DNA of 53,502 nucleotides from Acidobacteriota bacterium (lineage in GTDB: Bacteria; Acidobacteriota; Blastocatellia; Chloracidobacteriales; JADJPF01): the NCBI GenBank assembly GCA_040758525.1, contig JBFLVQ010000001.1, positions 1 to 53,502 of the forward strand, given 5' to 3'. Position 1 is the stretch's first letter. Every line of letters begins with the position of its first letter. Both the position numbers and the translations under genes were made by a program. The notes below the pieces were generated by a model. The model made no database searches and had not been told where the DNA came from. It was given only the letters and a program-made list of their open reading frames with translations. This document shows positions 27,594 through 36,720 of the stretch, piece by piece.

Positions 27594-29594
27594 ATGAAAG
27601 AGTGTCCGGTTTGCAAAAGCCGTTACGACACCACTATGATAATCTGCCCACAAGACAATACTAGCCTTAATGACATACTTGTGACCACCTATCCAAATCC
27701 TGAATCGGCCAATCGTCGTCAGCAAGAGATGCTTAAGGAACTACAACAGCGTCTTAAGACATCAGCACTACATAACGATTTAAAGGGCTTACGCGAAGGC
27801 TACATAGAACTAGCAAACTACTATCTTGGTCAGAACCAACTGAACCATGCGCTGATCTATTTTCACAAAGCTGAATTGATTGAGGCAGGTGATATTAATA
27901 CAACTCAATTGCCTTTTATGGTTGAGATCTATCTACAGCAGGACCGTACTGATAAAGCACTAGAGTTGGCCAGCCGTATTGCCCAGCTTTATAGCCAAGC
28001 TAATCAACGCGATCAAGCTTCAGAGTACTTCCAACGGCTTATTGTGACACGCTCTTCAGATACCAAATGGGTGTGGGATGTACTTGCAATTATTGAACAG
28101 AGCGGCCTCTCGATAGATCAACCTAATGTTATTGAAGAAGAGAAAGTAGCAGCTAAGCTGGTTGCTGTCGAAGCCCCATCAATTGCTGTAGAAGTGACAC
28201 TAGGGACTGACCAAACTGAGGCCGATTCTTTAACTCTAGACTCCCTGGTTGAGTTGGATATTTCACACTCTGTTGAACCTCTACCATTAGCGCCTATGGG
28301 TGTAAGTAGCACCATTACAGCCCAACCTGGGGAGACAGTTGCACAGTCTCCCAACACCCACAAACGGCCAGCGATAGAAACCACCCACGGAGTCCATGCT
28401 AACAGCCCTACAGGCAACCCTACGAGTGAGAATCGTGCGCTTACATCTTCGGATGAATACCGTGCTTTTACTACTACCAATGAATACCGACCTCTCACTG
28501 TAACAGCGGAACGGCGTGCACTTACGCCTACCGGTGAGCGGCGTGTTTTATCAACGTCTAGTGAACATCGTACCCATAACACAACTGGTGAGCATCCGCC
28601 TGCAATGAGCCGTCCTTCTGGTAGTTTCCGCACTACTGGAGACCTTTCCAAGCTCACTTTCAGTGAACAGACGGCTATGGTGATCGAGGATGATCAAGAT
28701 GTACGCGAACTGCTTGCCGATATGTTGGCAGAATTTGGTTGTCGTGTTGTTACTGCAATCGATGGTGAGGACGCGATCGAAAAATTAAAAGATGTCCATC
28801 CCAGTTTTATTATCTCAGATGTGATGATGCCACGCCTGGATGGATATGGAATTTTCCAATATATACAGAATAATGAGCAACTGAGTGATATTCCTTTTAT
28901 CTTCTTGACTGCGCGTGTAGAAATTGATGAGAAGATACGTGCATTGGAAGGCGGGGTAGAAGATTATTGGCTTAAACCCTTTGACGTTGAGGAACTGGGG
29001 ATACGACTGCGGCGCTTACTGCAAAAAGTACGACTGGCTGGTGATGTACGAGGCAAACTTTCAGAAATGCCTCTTCCTGATCTACTACAATCACTCGCCT
29101 CTGGTAACAAATCCGGCGTGCTACACCTAGCACGCTCAGGCCGCACGGGTGTTATTTATCTCGATCAGGGCCGTATCATTGATGCAGAATTTGAGGATCT
29201 GGCGGGTAAAAGAGGTATCTACTGTCTGGTCAATTGGTGTATGGAAGGTGGAAACTTCAACTTCCATAGTCAGAAAGTGGACCGTGAGGTAGCAATCAAA
29301 CAGAGTATACAGGGTATTCTAATGGAAGCCATGCGACGGCGTGATGAAGAGACACGTCTGATCGAACAATTACCCCCCGGCGATGTTTTTATGTCAGTCA
29401 ATACCGAAGACAACCCAGACTTTTTCTCCGCCGATTTTTCCGATGAGACTATGCGTATTCTACAGCTCTTTGATGGCACACATCCGCTCAAAGAATGTTT
29501 GCGCTGTCTACAGGGGGATTTAGAGACAATTCAAACAGTAGTCGCGCTAAACAAAGCCGGCCTACTGCGCATCGTCGATTTCGGTATCCAATAG
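27594..29594 (+). CDS. Multidomain regulator: Cys knuckle - TPR-like - Thr-rich 9-aa repeats - REC receiver - PATAN (DUF4388)
   Basis: MKECPVCKSRYDTTMIICPQDNTSL has the same C-x2-C-x10-CPxD.T.L spacing as the kinase N-terminus. REC: MVIEDDQDVRELL, IISDVMMPRLDG, KPFDVEEL. DUF4388/PATAN: MPLPDLLQSLASGNKSGVLHLARSGRTGVIYLDQGRIIDAEF...CLVNW. The start is ambiguous: GTG at 27549 (track) or ATG at 27594 (chosen). Confidence 0.85.
   Translation: MKECPVCKSRYDTTMIICPQDNTSLNDILVTTYPNPESANRRQQEMLKELQQRLKTSALHNDLKGLREGYIELANYYLGQNQLNHALIYFHKAELIEAGDINTTQLPFMVEIYLQQDRTDKALELASRIAQLYSQANQRDQASEYFQRLIVTRSSDTKWVWDVLAIIEQSGLSIDQPNVIEEEKVAAKLVAVEAPSIAVEVTLGTDQTEADSLTLDSLVELDISHSVEPLPLAPMGVSSTITAQPGETVAQSPNTHKRPAIETTHGVHANSPTGNPTSENRALTSSDEYRAFTTTNEYRPLTVTAERRALTPTGERRVLSTSSEHRTHNTTGEHPPAMSRPSGSFRTTGDLSKLTFSEQTAMVIEDDQDVRELLADMLAEFGCRVVTAIDGEDAIEKLKDVHPSFIISDVMMPRLDGYGIFQYIQNNEQLSDIPFIFLTARVEIDEKIRALEGGVEDYWLKPFDVEELGIRLRRLLQKVRLAGDVRGKLSEMPLPDLLQSLASGNKSGVLHLARSGRTGVIYLDQGRIIDAEFEDLAGKRGIYCLVNWCMEGGNFNFHSQKVDREVAIKQSIQGILMEAMRRRDEETRLIEQLPPGDVFMSVNTEDNPDFFSADFSDETMRILQLFDGTHPLKECLRCLQGDLETIQTVVALNKAGLLRIVDFGIQ
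28422..28610 (+). repeat. Seven degenerate in-frame 27-nt (9-aa) tandem repeats inside the PATAN regulator gene
   Basis: TSENRALTS / SDEYRAFTT / TNEYRPLTV / TAERRALTP / TGERRVLST / SSEHRTHNT / TGEHPPAMS. The period is visible at both nucleotide and protein level. Confidence 0.8.
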
Positions 29595-29655
29595 CGCTTT
29601 ATCAAACCGGCACGTTTGAGATTTTAACTCTTTACCAAGTTAGATATTTCATCTC

Positions 29656-31998
29656 ATGCTGACACGCCAATCTATTCTTTTAGAAGTGCTCAGGACTGCC
29701 AGCATTGGCCTGCTAGTAGCAATATTCTGTCTACTGCTGCTCTATCAAGATCCTTACTTCTTCTGGTGTGACGATTATCAGGCCGAACATCTACCGGCAT
29801 TGTGGGACATCGCACGAGGTTGGCAGGAAGGTGAATTGCCACTACTCAGTCCCTACTCCTGGTTTGGAGGAGCGCTGGCAGCAGAGTATCAGTATGGAGT
29901 ACTGTCGCTCTCTACTTCGCTAATCTTCTTTTTGGTATGGAAGCTACAACTCTCCTTACCAACTACTGCAGCACTCTTCTCGATCATACACTTAAGCATC
30001 ACAGCAGCAGGAGCATTTCGACTAGCAAGACAGCGAGCATTGAGCACAGACCTATCGATGATGGTAGGTTTGGTTGCTGCTCTCAATGGTTGGTTAATAT
30101 TGTGGGGTGCGGCGGCTTGGACACCAGGATTAACCAGCTTTGCCTGGCTGCCTTGGGCTTGGTGGGGATTGGAAGGATCTCTGCAAGAGGGCAACAGTGC
30201 AGTTCGCTGCATTCTCGCAGGATTTTTCATCTATCTGATCCTAACAGCAGGCTGGCCTTTTACACTCTTGATGATTGGATTGATCACAGTCTGGCTAGCG
30301 TTACGGCAATGGCGTGTCAATCATAGTATCAAGAGACTATCGCGATTGGCAGTTGCTTGGCTGATAGCATTAGGCCTTGCCGCTCCTGCCTTATTAATGC
30401 TTATTGAGTATTCAAAAAGTACACTACGTTTGAAAACCGATCTAGCGCTGCAGAACATTCTTCTAGTACCTAAAATTGGACTACTAGGACTAATACTACC
30501 TGCTATTACACTACCCAGATTTACCTTTATCGGCTGGCAACTACATACTATGACTGAGTTGGCATGTGGACTCGCGCCTGCCGTACTGTTAATCACATCA
30601 TTATTACTACTAGGCAGAAAGTATATTAATAAACTGAGATGGGAAGTGGGACTATTTGCAATTGTATTACTGTTAAGTATCAGTCCCTCCCTATGGGTAT
30701 TTCGCTGGAGCTTCCGCTGGCTGCCACTTTTTCACTTATTGTTGGCATTATTAGCAGCCGAAGGATTGGCGCTTATTCGTGCAGATAATTCTACTAAACA
30801 GAGTATCTGGTCAATCAAGCGCTTGCAGACAAATTGTGGAATTTGGTCATTGCTGCTGCTATTAATAGCGCTATTGGTAACATGTCTGTTTTATCCAGAT
30901 GCTAATCGTCAAGGTCTATCGCTAGGAATTTATCTATTATTGATATCTGCTGGTTGGGCATTGGTTGAACAGATAGCTGCACCAAGATCGCTTATCTCTA
31001 TATGGATGCCCTTGATCGTTACACTGCTCTCCTTTTTCGCAACGTACCAGCATTTCCCTAGAGATCTGCTCTTATTACATTGGAAATTTCCCGAAGCATT
31101 GCGGAAAACCGCACCTTTAGATGCCACGATCAGATATATGAGCCTGTATGAATGCGACCTGCTGCTAAAATCGTCGCAATCTGATTTTGGTACAATATTA
31201 CGGCCTAGCAATACCCCTTACTTTGGTGGTGTAGAGTTTATTAATGGTTATACTCCTATGTTCCCATTAGGATTCAAATACATATTTCAATTTGGCGGAC
31301 ATGGCTGTCTAAGCAGTGGGTATGCTCGTCTAGTTCTTCAAAAGGAGACTGATCCAGAAGGATTATTAGCGCTAATGGGGGTGGATGGTCTAGTAATTTC
31401 CAATAGTTTGAAAGCAGAAGCAGCGAGTTTAACAGAGCGTGGTTGGCGTATGGTAACGGCAACAGACGAAGGCATGGTATTTCATCGTGAAGGTCTACGC
31501 AATCCTCGTGTACGTGTTATCTTATCAGCCACACCATTTTCAGGAGAGATTCAAAAAGAGGCGCTAAATTGGCTTGGTAACCGTCGTGGACCTGTTGCTC
31601 CCGTGTTATTAACGCAATCATCTACTACATCAGAACCATTACAATTTGCTCCTATCAAAATTAGGCCGGTTAAAGAGACTCGCCTACGTGCCATTGCTGA
31701 GGTAGAGCCACTTAGCAGTAGTGGAGAATCATTAGTGTTATTCTCTCGACCTTGGTATCCAGGCTATCGTGCTACTCTTAATGGTAAAGAAGTGCCGGTC
31801 GAGATTGTAAACTTTATTATGCCAGCAGTGCGATTACCTGCTGGCGCACAAGGTGAGTTGATCCTGGAGTATCGTCCTAACTCATTTGTTATTGGCAGTG
31901 GGATTGCGCTGGCAACGATACTGTTGACAGTGCTGGGGCTAGGGTGGATGTTGTGGCAGCGTCGGCCTGCTATGGTCGCTGCTAATCAGACAGCTTAA
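29656..31998 (+). CDS. YfhO-like GT-C-fold polytopic membrane glycosyltransferase (putative), array copy 1 of 4
   Basis: 780 aa. Many hydrophobic spans in the first ~470 aa. First-loop acidic motif FFWCDDYQAEHLP...GELPLLSPYSWFGG. A ~200-aa soluble region is followed by the block FSRPWYPGYRATLNGKEVPVEIVNFIMPAVRLPAGAQGELILEYRP and a terminal TM, as in YfhO-family proteins. No SD before the ATG. Confidence 0.75.
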   Translation: MLTRQSILLEVLRTASIGLLVAIFCLLLLYQDPYFFWCDDYQAEHLPALWDIARGWQEGELPLLSPYSWFGGALAAEYQYGVLSLSTSLIFFLVWKLQLSLPTTAALFSIIHLSITAAGAFRLARQRALSTDLSMMVGLVAALNGWLILWGAAAWTPGLTSFAWLPWAWWGLEGSLQEGNSAVRCILAGFFIYLILTAGWPFTLLMIGLITVWLALRQWRVNHSIKRLSRLAVAWLIALGLAAPALLMLIEYSKSTLRLKTDLALQNILLVPKIGLLGLILPAITLPRFTFIGWQLHTMTELACGLAPAVLLITSLLLLGRKYINKLRWEVGLFAIVLLLSISPSLWVFRWSFRWLPLFHLLLALLAAEGLALIRADNSTKQSIWSIKRLQTNCGIWSLLLLLIALLVTCLFYPDANRQGLSLGIYLLLISAGWALVEQIAAPRSLISIWMPLIVTLLSFFATYQHFPRDLLLLHWKFPEALRKTAPLDATIRYMSLYECDLLLKSSQSDFGTILRPSNTPYFGGVEFINGYTPMFPLGFKYIFQFGGHGCLSSGYARLVLQKETDPEGLLALMGVDGLVISNSLKAEAASLTERGWRMVTATDEGMVFHREGLRNPRVRVILSATPFSGEIQKEALNWLGNRRGPVAPVLLTQSSTTSEPLQFAPIKIRPVKETRLRAIAEVEPLSSSGESLVLFSRPWYPGYRATLNGKEVPVEIVNFIMPAVRLPAGAQGELILEYRPNSFVIGSGIALATILLTVLGLGWMLWQRRPAMVAANQTA

Positions 31999-32456
31999 CA
32001 ATGGACCATCAATATTCTACAGTACGAGAATCACTCTACACCATTGCAGCGGGATTGTTAGTAGTAGTATTCTGTCTATTGTTACTCTATCAGGATGCCA
32101 ACTTCTTCTGGGTGGATGATGCACAGTCTCAGCATATACCGGCATTGTGGGACATTGCACGAAGCTGGCAGGAAGGCGAGCTACCATTGCTCAGTCCTTA
32201 CTCCTGGTTTGGAGGAGCGCTGGCAGCAGAGTATCAGTATGGAATATTCTCGCTCTCTACTTCTTTAATCTTCTTTTTGATCTGGAAGCTACAACTCTCC
32301 TTACCAACCACCGCAGCACTCTTCTCGATCATACACTTAAGCATCACAGCAGCAGGAGGATTTCGACTAGCAAGACAGCGAGCATTGAGCATAGACCTAT
32401 CGATGATGGTAGGTCTGGTTGCTGCTCTCAATGGTTGGTTACTATTATGGGCGGCA
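31675..32456 (+). repeat. 782-bp perfect direct repeat, unit A (3' end of copy 1 + junction + 5' end of copy 2)
   Basis: I compared it by eye, row by row, with 34044-34825 (offset 2369) and saw no mismatch. Out-of-frame track ORFs (32147.. vs 34516..) also translate identically across the shared part. Confidence 0.85.
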
Positions 32457-34367
32457 ATCTCTTGGACACCAGGGATGACCAGCTTTACTTGGCTGCCTTG
32501 GGCTTGGTGGGGATTGGAAGGATCTCTGCAAGAAGGCAACAATGCAGTTCGCTGCATTCTCGCAGGATTTTTCATCTATCTGATCCTAACAGCAGGCTGG
32601 CCTTTTACACTCTTGATGATTGGGTTGATCACAGTCTGGCTAGCGTTACGGCAATGGCGTGTTAATCATAGTATCAAGAGACTGTCGCGATTGGCAGTTG
32701 CTTGGCTGATAGCATTAGGACTTGCTGCTCCTGCCTTGTTAATGTTGACAGAATATTCTGACCAGACAATACGTTCAAAAATAGGTCTGGTTGCCCAATG
32801 GCAATTGATTGTACCTGTATCTAGTCTGCCTGGACTGATTCTACCCTCGTTCACAGTGACTTGGGTGGCAGCGCTAGGTCCACTTCCACATGCATCTGTG
32901 GAGCTAGCTTGTGGGTTAGCACCAACCGTTATTCTTTTAGCTGCACTAATTCTGTTGCGCAAACAGTTTATTAAGAAAGTTCGCTGGGAATTGGGTCTCT
33001 TTGTAGTGACTCTTTTGCTCTCGGTCAGTCCATCTTTCTTTCCATTTCGCTGGAGTTTTCGTTGGCTACCATTTCTCCATCTAGTACTGGCAATAGTAGC
33101 AGCAGAAGGGTTGGCTCTCTTAAGAACTAAGAAAATAGCTGACGATAATTTATTGAATCAAGAGATTACTGGATCAACAAAGCAGTTTATTAAACGCTAT
33201 CAAAATAATCTTGGTGTATGGGCACTCTGTTCTGTATTGATAGTATTAGCAATTTCACAATTACTGAAGCTAGATCTTACCGATAGCAATTTTTCATTAG
33301 GTATTAATCTAGCTCTAATCTCCACTATTTGGGCAGTAGTAGAGCGATTTCTTGCTATCACAGCAACCCTACAAAGATGGGCTATTGTTGCAGTAGTGTT
33401 TGTTGCCTTTGCAGTTACCTACTATTACATCCCCACCAACACAGAAATACCGCGTTGGCAATTCCCAGAAATGCGTACTGCTACGCCACTCGATCCTGAA
33501 ATTCGTTATCTTAGCCTCTATGATTATTGGGATACCTTCAAAACATATCAGCCCAATCTAGGTCCAGTATTACGGCCTGGCAATACTGCTATGTATGCAG
33601 GCTTACAACTCGTTAATGGTTATAGTGCTATGGCGCCAATAAAGCTAGCATACCTACTAGGCTTTAGTGGACATGGATATATGAATAGAGATATCGCCAA
33701 GAATATCTTACAAAAAGAGATTGGTGCTGAAGGGCTACTACAAGTTATTGGTGTCGATGGATTGATAATTCCCGCGTCTTTGAGAAAAGAAACCACTAAC
33801 CTTACACAGCAAGGTTGGCAACAGGTAGCAAATTTTGATGAAGGCACGATCTTTCATCGTATAGGGCCACGCAGTCTACGTGTACGCTCACTTTCATCAG
33901 TGCAATTAACCTCAAGCAATGATGATGCACTAAACTGGTTTGAGACTCGTATTGAAACAGCCGCTCCATTCCTATTATGGGGACAAGCAGCTAGTTCTGG
34001 TCAACAATTAAGCTTTGCTGCCACCAGTGTCAAACTGGTAGCAGAGACTCGCCTACGTGCCATTGCTGAGGTAGAGCCACTTAGCAGTAGTGGAGAATCA
34101 TTAGTGTTATTCTCTCGACCTTGGTATCCAGGCTATCGTGCTACTCTTAATGGTAAAGAAGTGCCGGTCGAGATTGTAAACTTTATTATGCCAGCAGTGC
34201 GATTACCTGCTGGCGCACAAGGTGAGTTGATCCTGGAGTATCGTCCTAACTCATTTGTTATTGGCAGTGGGATTGCGCTGGCAACGATACTGTTGACAGT
34301 GCTGGGGCTAGGGTGGATGTTGTGGCAGCGTCGGCCTGCTATGGTCGCTGCTAATCAGACAGCTTAA
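32001..34367 (+). CDS. YfhO-like GT-C-fold membrane glycosyltransferase (putative), array copy 2 of 4
   Basis: 788 aa. The ATG lies 2 nt after the copy-1 stop (TAAcaATG). First-loop motif FFWVDDAQSQHIP. The C-terminal 107 aa are identical to copy 1. Confidence 0.75.
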   Translation: MDHQYSTVRESLYTIAAGLLVVVFCLLLLYQDANFFWVDDAQSQHIPALWDIARSWQEGELPLLSPYSWFGGALAAEYQYGIFSLSTSLIFFLIWKLQLSLPTTAALFSIIHLSITAAGGFRLARQRALSIDLSMMVGLVAALNGWLLLWAAISWTPGMTSFTWLPWAWWGLEGSLQEGNNAVRCILAGFFIYLILTAGWPFTLLMIGLITVWLALRQWRVNHSIKRLSRLAVAWLIALGLAAPALLMLTEYSDQTIRSKIGLVAQWQLIVPVSSLPGLILPSFTVTWVAALGPLPHASVELACGLAPTVILLAALILLRKQFIKKVRWELGLFVVTLLLSVSPSFFPFRWSFRWLPFLHLVLAIVAAEGLALLRTKKIADDNLLNQEITGSTKQFIKRYQNNLGVWALCSVLIVLAISQLLKLDLTDSNFSLGINLALISTIWAVVERFLAITATLQRWAIVAVVFVAFAVTYYYIPTNTEIPRWQFPEMRTATPLDPEIRYLSLYDYWDTFKTYQPNLGPVLRPGNTAMYAGLQLVNGYSAMAPIKLAYLLGFSGHGYMNRDIAKNILQKEIGAEGLLQVIGVDGLIIPASLRKETTNLTQQGWQQVANFDEGTIFHRIGPRSLRVRSLSSVQLTSSNDDALNWFETRIETAAPFLLWGQAASSGQQLSFAATSVKLVAETRLRAIAEVEPLSSSGESLVLFSRPWYPGYRATLNGKEVPVEIVNFIMPAVRLPAGAQGELILEYRPNSFVIGSGIALATILLTVLGLGWMLWQRRPAMVAANQTA

Positions 34368-34825
34368 CAATGGACCATCAATATTCTACAGTACGAGAAT
34401 CACTCTACACCATTGCAGCGGGATTGTTAGTAGTAGTATTCTGTCTATTGTTACTCTATCAGGATGCCAACTTCTTCTGGGTGGATGATGCACAGTCTCA
34501 GCATATACCGGCATTGTGGGACATTGCACGAAGCTGGCAGGAAGGCGAGCTACCATTGCTCAGTCCTTACTCCTGGTTTGGAGGAGCGCTGGCAGCAGAG
34601 TATCAGTATGGAATATTCTCGCTCTCTACTTCTTTAATCTTCTTTTTGATCTGGAAGCTACAACTCTCCTTACCAACCACCGCAGCACTCTTCTCGATCA
34701 TACACTTAAGCATCACAGCAGCAGGAGGATTTCGACTAGCAAGACAGCGAGCATTGAGCATAGACCTATCGATGATGGTAGGTCTGGTTGCTGCTCTCAA
34801 TGGTTGGTTACTATTATGGGCGGCA
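34044..34825 (+). repeat. 782-bp perfect direct repeat, unit B (3' end of copy 2 + junction + 5' end of copy 3)
   Basis: Identical to 31675-32456. Identity breaks at 34826 (g) vs 32457 (a), and upstream of 34044 vs 31675. Confidence 0.85.
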
Positions 34826-36709
34826 GTGGCCTGGATACCTGCACTGACCTCTTTTGCCTGGCTGCCTTGGGCATGGTGGGGATTGCAATGGTCTTTGCAA
34901 GCGGGTAGTAGTGCAATTCGTTGTATTCTAGCAGGATTTTTCATCTATCTGATTCTTGCTGCAGGGGCACCTTTTACAGTGTTGATGATTGGATTGATCA
35001 CAGTCTGGCTAGCGTTACGGCAATGGCGTGTCAATCATAGTATCAAGAGGCTATCACGATTGGCAGTTGCTTGGTTGTTAGGGTTAGGGCTCGCTGCTCC
35101 TGCTCTGTTGATGTTGATCGAGTATTCGAACTACGCTGTACGTCAAAAAATGGGGTTTGTTACACAGTGGTTATGGGTAGTACCTATCTATAGTCTGCCA
35201 GGATTAATTCTGCCATCATTTACAGTGACCTGGCTGACATTCCTTGGTTGGCGCCCACATGCATCGGTAGAGTTGGCCTGTGGGTTGGCGCCTGCAATTA
35301 TTTTTCCAACTACATTGATTCTGCTACGTAGAGAGTTACTACAAAGAGTTCGCTGGGAATTGGGTCTCTTTGCTGTGACTTTTTTGCTCTCAATAGGCCC
35401 TTCAATTTTTCCATTGCGCTGGAGTTTCCGCTGGCTATCACTGCTACATCTACTATTGGCAATACTGGCTGCAGAAGGATTGGAGTTACTTCGCACTAAG
35501 CAGATTAACAGCAAAAGTACTAATAATATTCAGCCATTGATAAAAGTTTTTCAGAACAATTGTGGAGTATGGGCATTTTCAGGTGTAATGATTGTCTGGT
35601 TAGTATCACTAATATTGCGTTTAGATATTACAGAACAGAGTTATCTGCTAGGTATAAAACTACTGCTGATCTCATTATGTTGGGCAATAGTAGAACAGGT
35701 ATTTTCGATCCAGTCACATATTCGCAGATTGACTCCCGTAGCCGTTATATTGATTTCGTTCTGGGTTACTTATCAACAGATTCCTACTAATCTAGCCCTC
35801 CCACACTGGAAATGTTCTCCTAATATAAGCAAAGTTGCGCCATTTGATCCCAACATACGTTACCTAAGTCTCTATAGTGGTGACGATATGTTTAAAACTG
35901 ATAAACCTGTTGGCACAATAGTGCGCTTTGGCAATTCATCAATGTGTGCAGGAGTAGAGTTCATCAATGGTTACAGTCCTATTATGCCAATTGGACTCAG
36001 GTATCTTCTGCAACTCGGCGGTCAAGGATATATGAATAGATCAAATGCGCTTCTTACCCTACAAAGGGAGATTGGTTCGACAGGGCTACTAGCATTAATG
36101 GGTGTGGATGGACTGGTGGTTCCTGATAGTATTCCTTCAGCAAAAGCCAAACTATTAGAAGAAGGATGGCAGCTAATTGCTTCTTCTGAAGAGGGTTCGA
36201 TATTCCATCGTCCAGGTCCTCCCAGCCCGCGTATACGTTCTGTGCTATCAGTTCAAACCAGTAATGATTATATGAATGCATTAACATGGTTGGTCTCACG
36301 CACTGAGGTAAGCGCGCCCTTTGTCTTGCTGAAACCTGAATCAATGCCAAGTCAACAATTAAGCTTTGCTGCTACCAATGTCAAACTGGTAGCAGAGACT
36401 CGCCTACGCGCCATTGCTCAGGTAGAGCCACTTAACAGTAGTGGAGAATCATTAGTGTTATTCTCTCGACCTTGGTATCCAGGCTATCGTGCCACTCTTA
36501 ATGGTAAAGAAGTACCTGTTGAAGTGATAAACTATTTTCTACCAGCAGTACGATTACCTGCTGGCGCACAAGGTGAGTTGATCTTGGAGTATCGTCCTAG
36601 CTCATTTGTTATTGGAGTCATTATTGCATTAATAACCCTATTGTTGACAGCGCTGGCAATAATACTAATATTACAACAGCGGCGATCTGCTGTGATCACT
36701 GTTAATTAA
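34370..36709 (+). CDS. YfhO-like GT-C-fold membrane glycosyltransferase (putative), array copy 3 of 4
   Basis: 779 aa. The ATG lies 2 nt after the copy-2 stop. The first 152 aa are identical to copy 2. Mid-N-terminal and C-terminal blocks are nearly identical to copy 4. Confidence 0.75.
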   Translation: MDHQYSTVRESLYTIAAGLLVVVFCLLLLYQDANFFWVDDAQSQHIPALWDIARSWQEGELPLLSPYSWFGGALAAEYQYGIFSLSTSLIFFLIWKLQLSLPTTAALFSIIHLSITAAGGFRLARQRALSIDLSMMVGLVAALNGWLLLWAAVAWIPALTSFAWLPWAWWGLQWSLQAGSSAIRCILAGFFIYLILAAGAPFTVLMIGLITVWLALRQWRVNHSIKRLSRLAVAWLLGLGLAAPALLMLIEYSNYAVRQKMGFVTQWLWVVPIYSLPGLILPSFTVTWLTFLGWRPHASVELACGLAPAIIFPTTLILLRRELLQRVRWELGLFAVTFLLSIGPSIFPLRWSFRWLSLLHLLLAILAAEGLELLRTKQINSKSTNNIQPLIKVFQNNCGVWAFSGVMIVWLVSLILRLDITEQSYLLGIKLLLISLCWAIVEQVFSIQSHIRRLTPVAVILISFWVTYQQIPTNLALPHWKCSPNISKVAPFDPNIRYLSLYSGDDMFKTDKPVGTIVRFGNSSMCAGVEFINGYSPIMPIGLRYLLQLGGQGYMNRSNALLTLQREIGSTGLLALMGVDGLVVPDSIPSAKAKLLEEGWQLIASSEEGSIFHRPGPPSPRIRSVLSVQTSNDYMNALTWLVSRTEVSAPFVLLKPESMPSQQLSFAATNVKLVAETRLRAIAQVEPLNSSGESLVLFSRPWYPGYRATLNGKEVPVEVINYFLPAVRLPAGAQGELILEYRPSSFVIGVIIALITLLLTALAIILILQQRRSAVITVN
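34865..35107 (+). repeat. 243-bp near-perfect repeat shared by copies 3 and 4 (partner 37216-37458)
   Basis: One mismatch seen (35014 g vs 37365 a). It encodes WAWWGLQWSLQAGSSAIRCILAGFFIYLILAAGAPFTVLMIGLITVWLALRQWRVNHSIKRLSRLAVAWLLGLGLAAPAL in both copies. Copies 1 and 2 carry a different version of this block. Confidence 0.8.
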
Positions 36710-36720
36710 ATAGTTTAACA

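Noticed and set aside
28118-28657. 179-aa minus-strand ORF inside the PATAN regulator gene
   Set aside because: It lies antisense to the 27-nt repeat region, and its Arg/Ser/Val-rich periodicity mirrors the sense-strand repeats. The sense frame forms a continuous multidomain protein.
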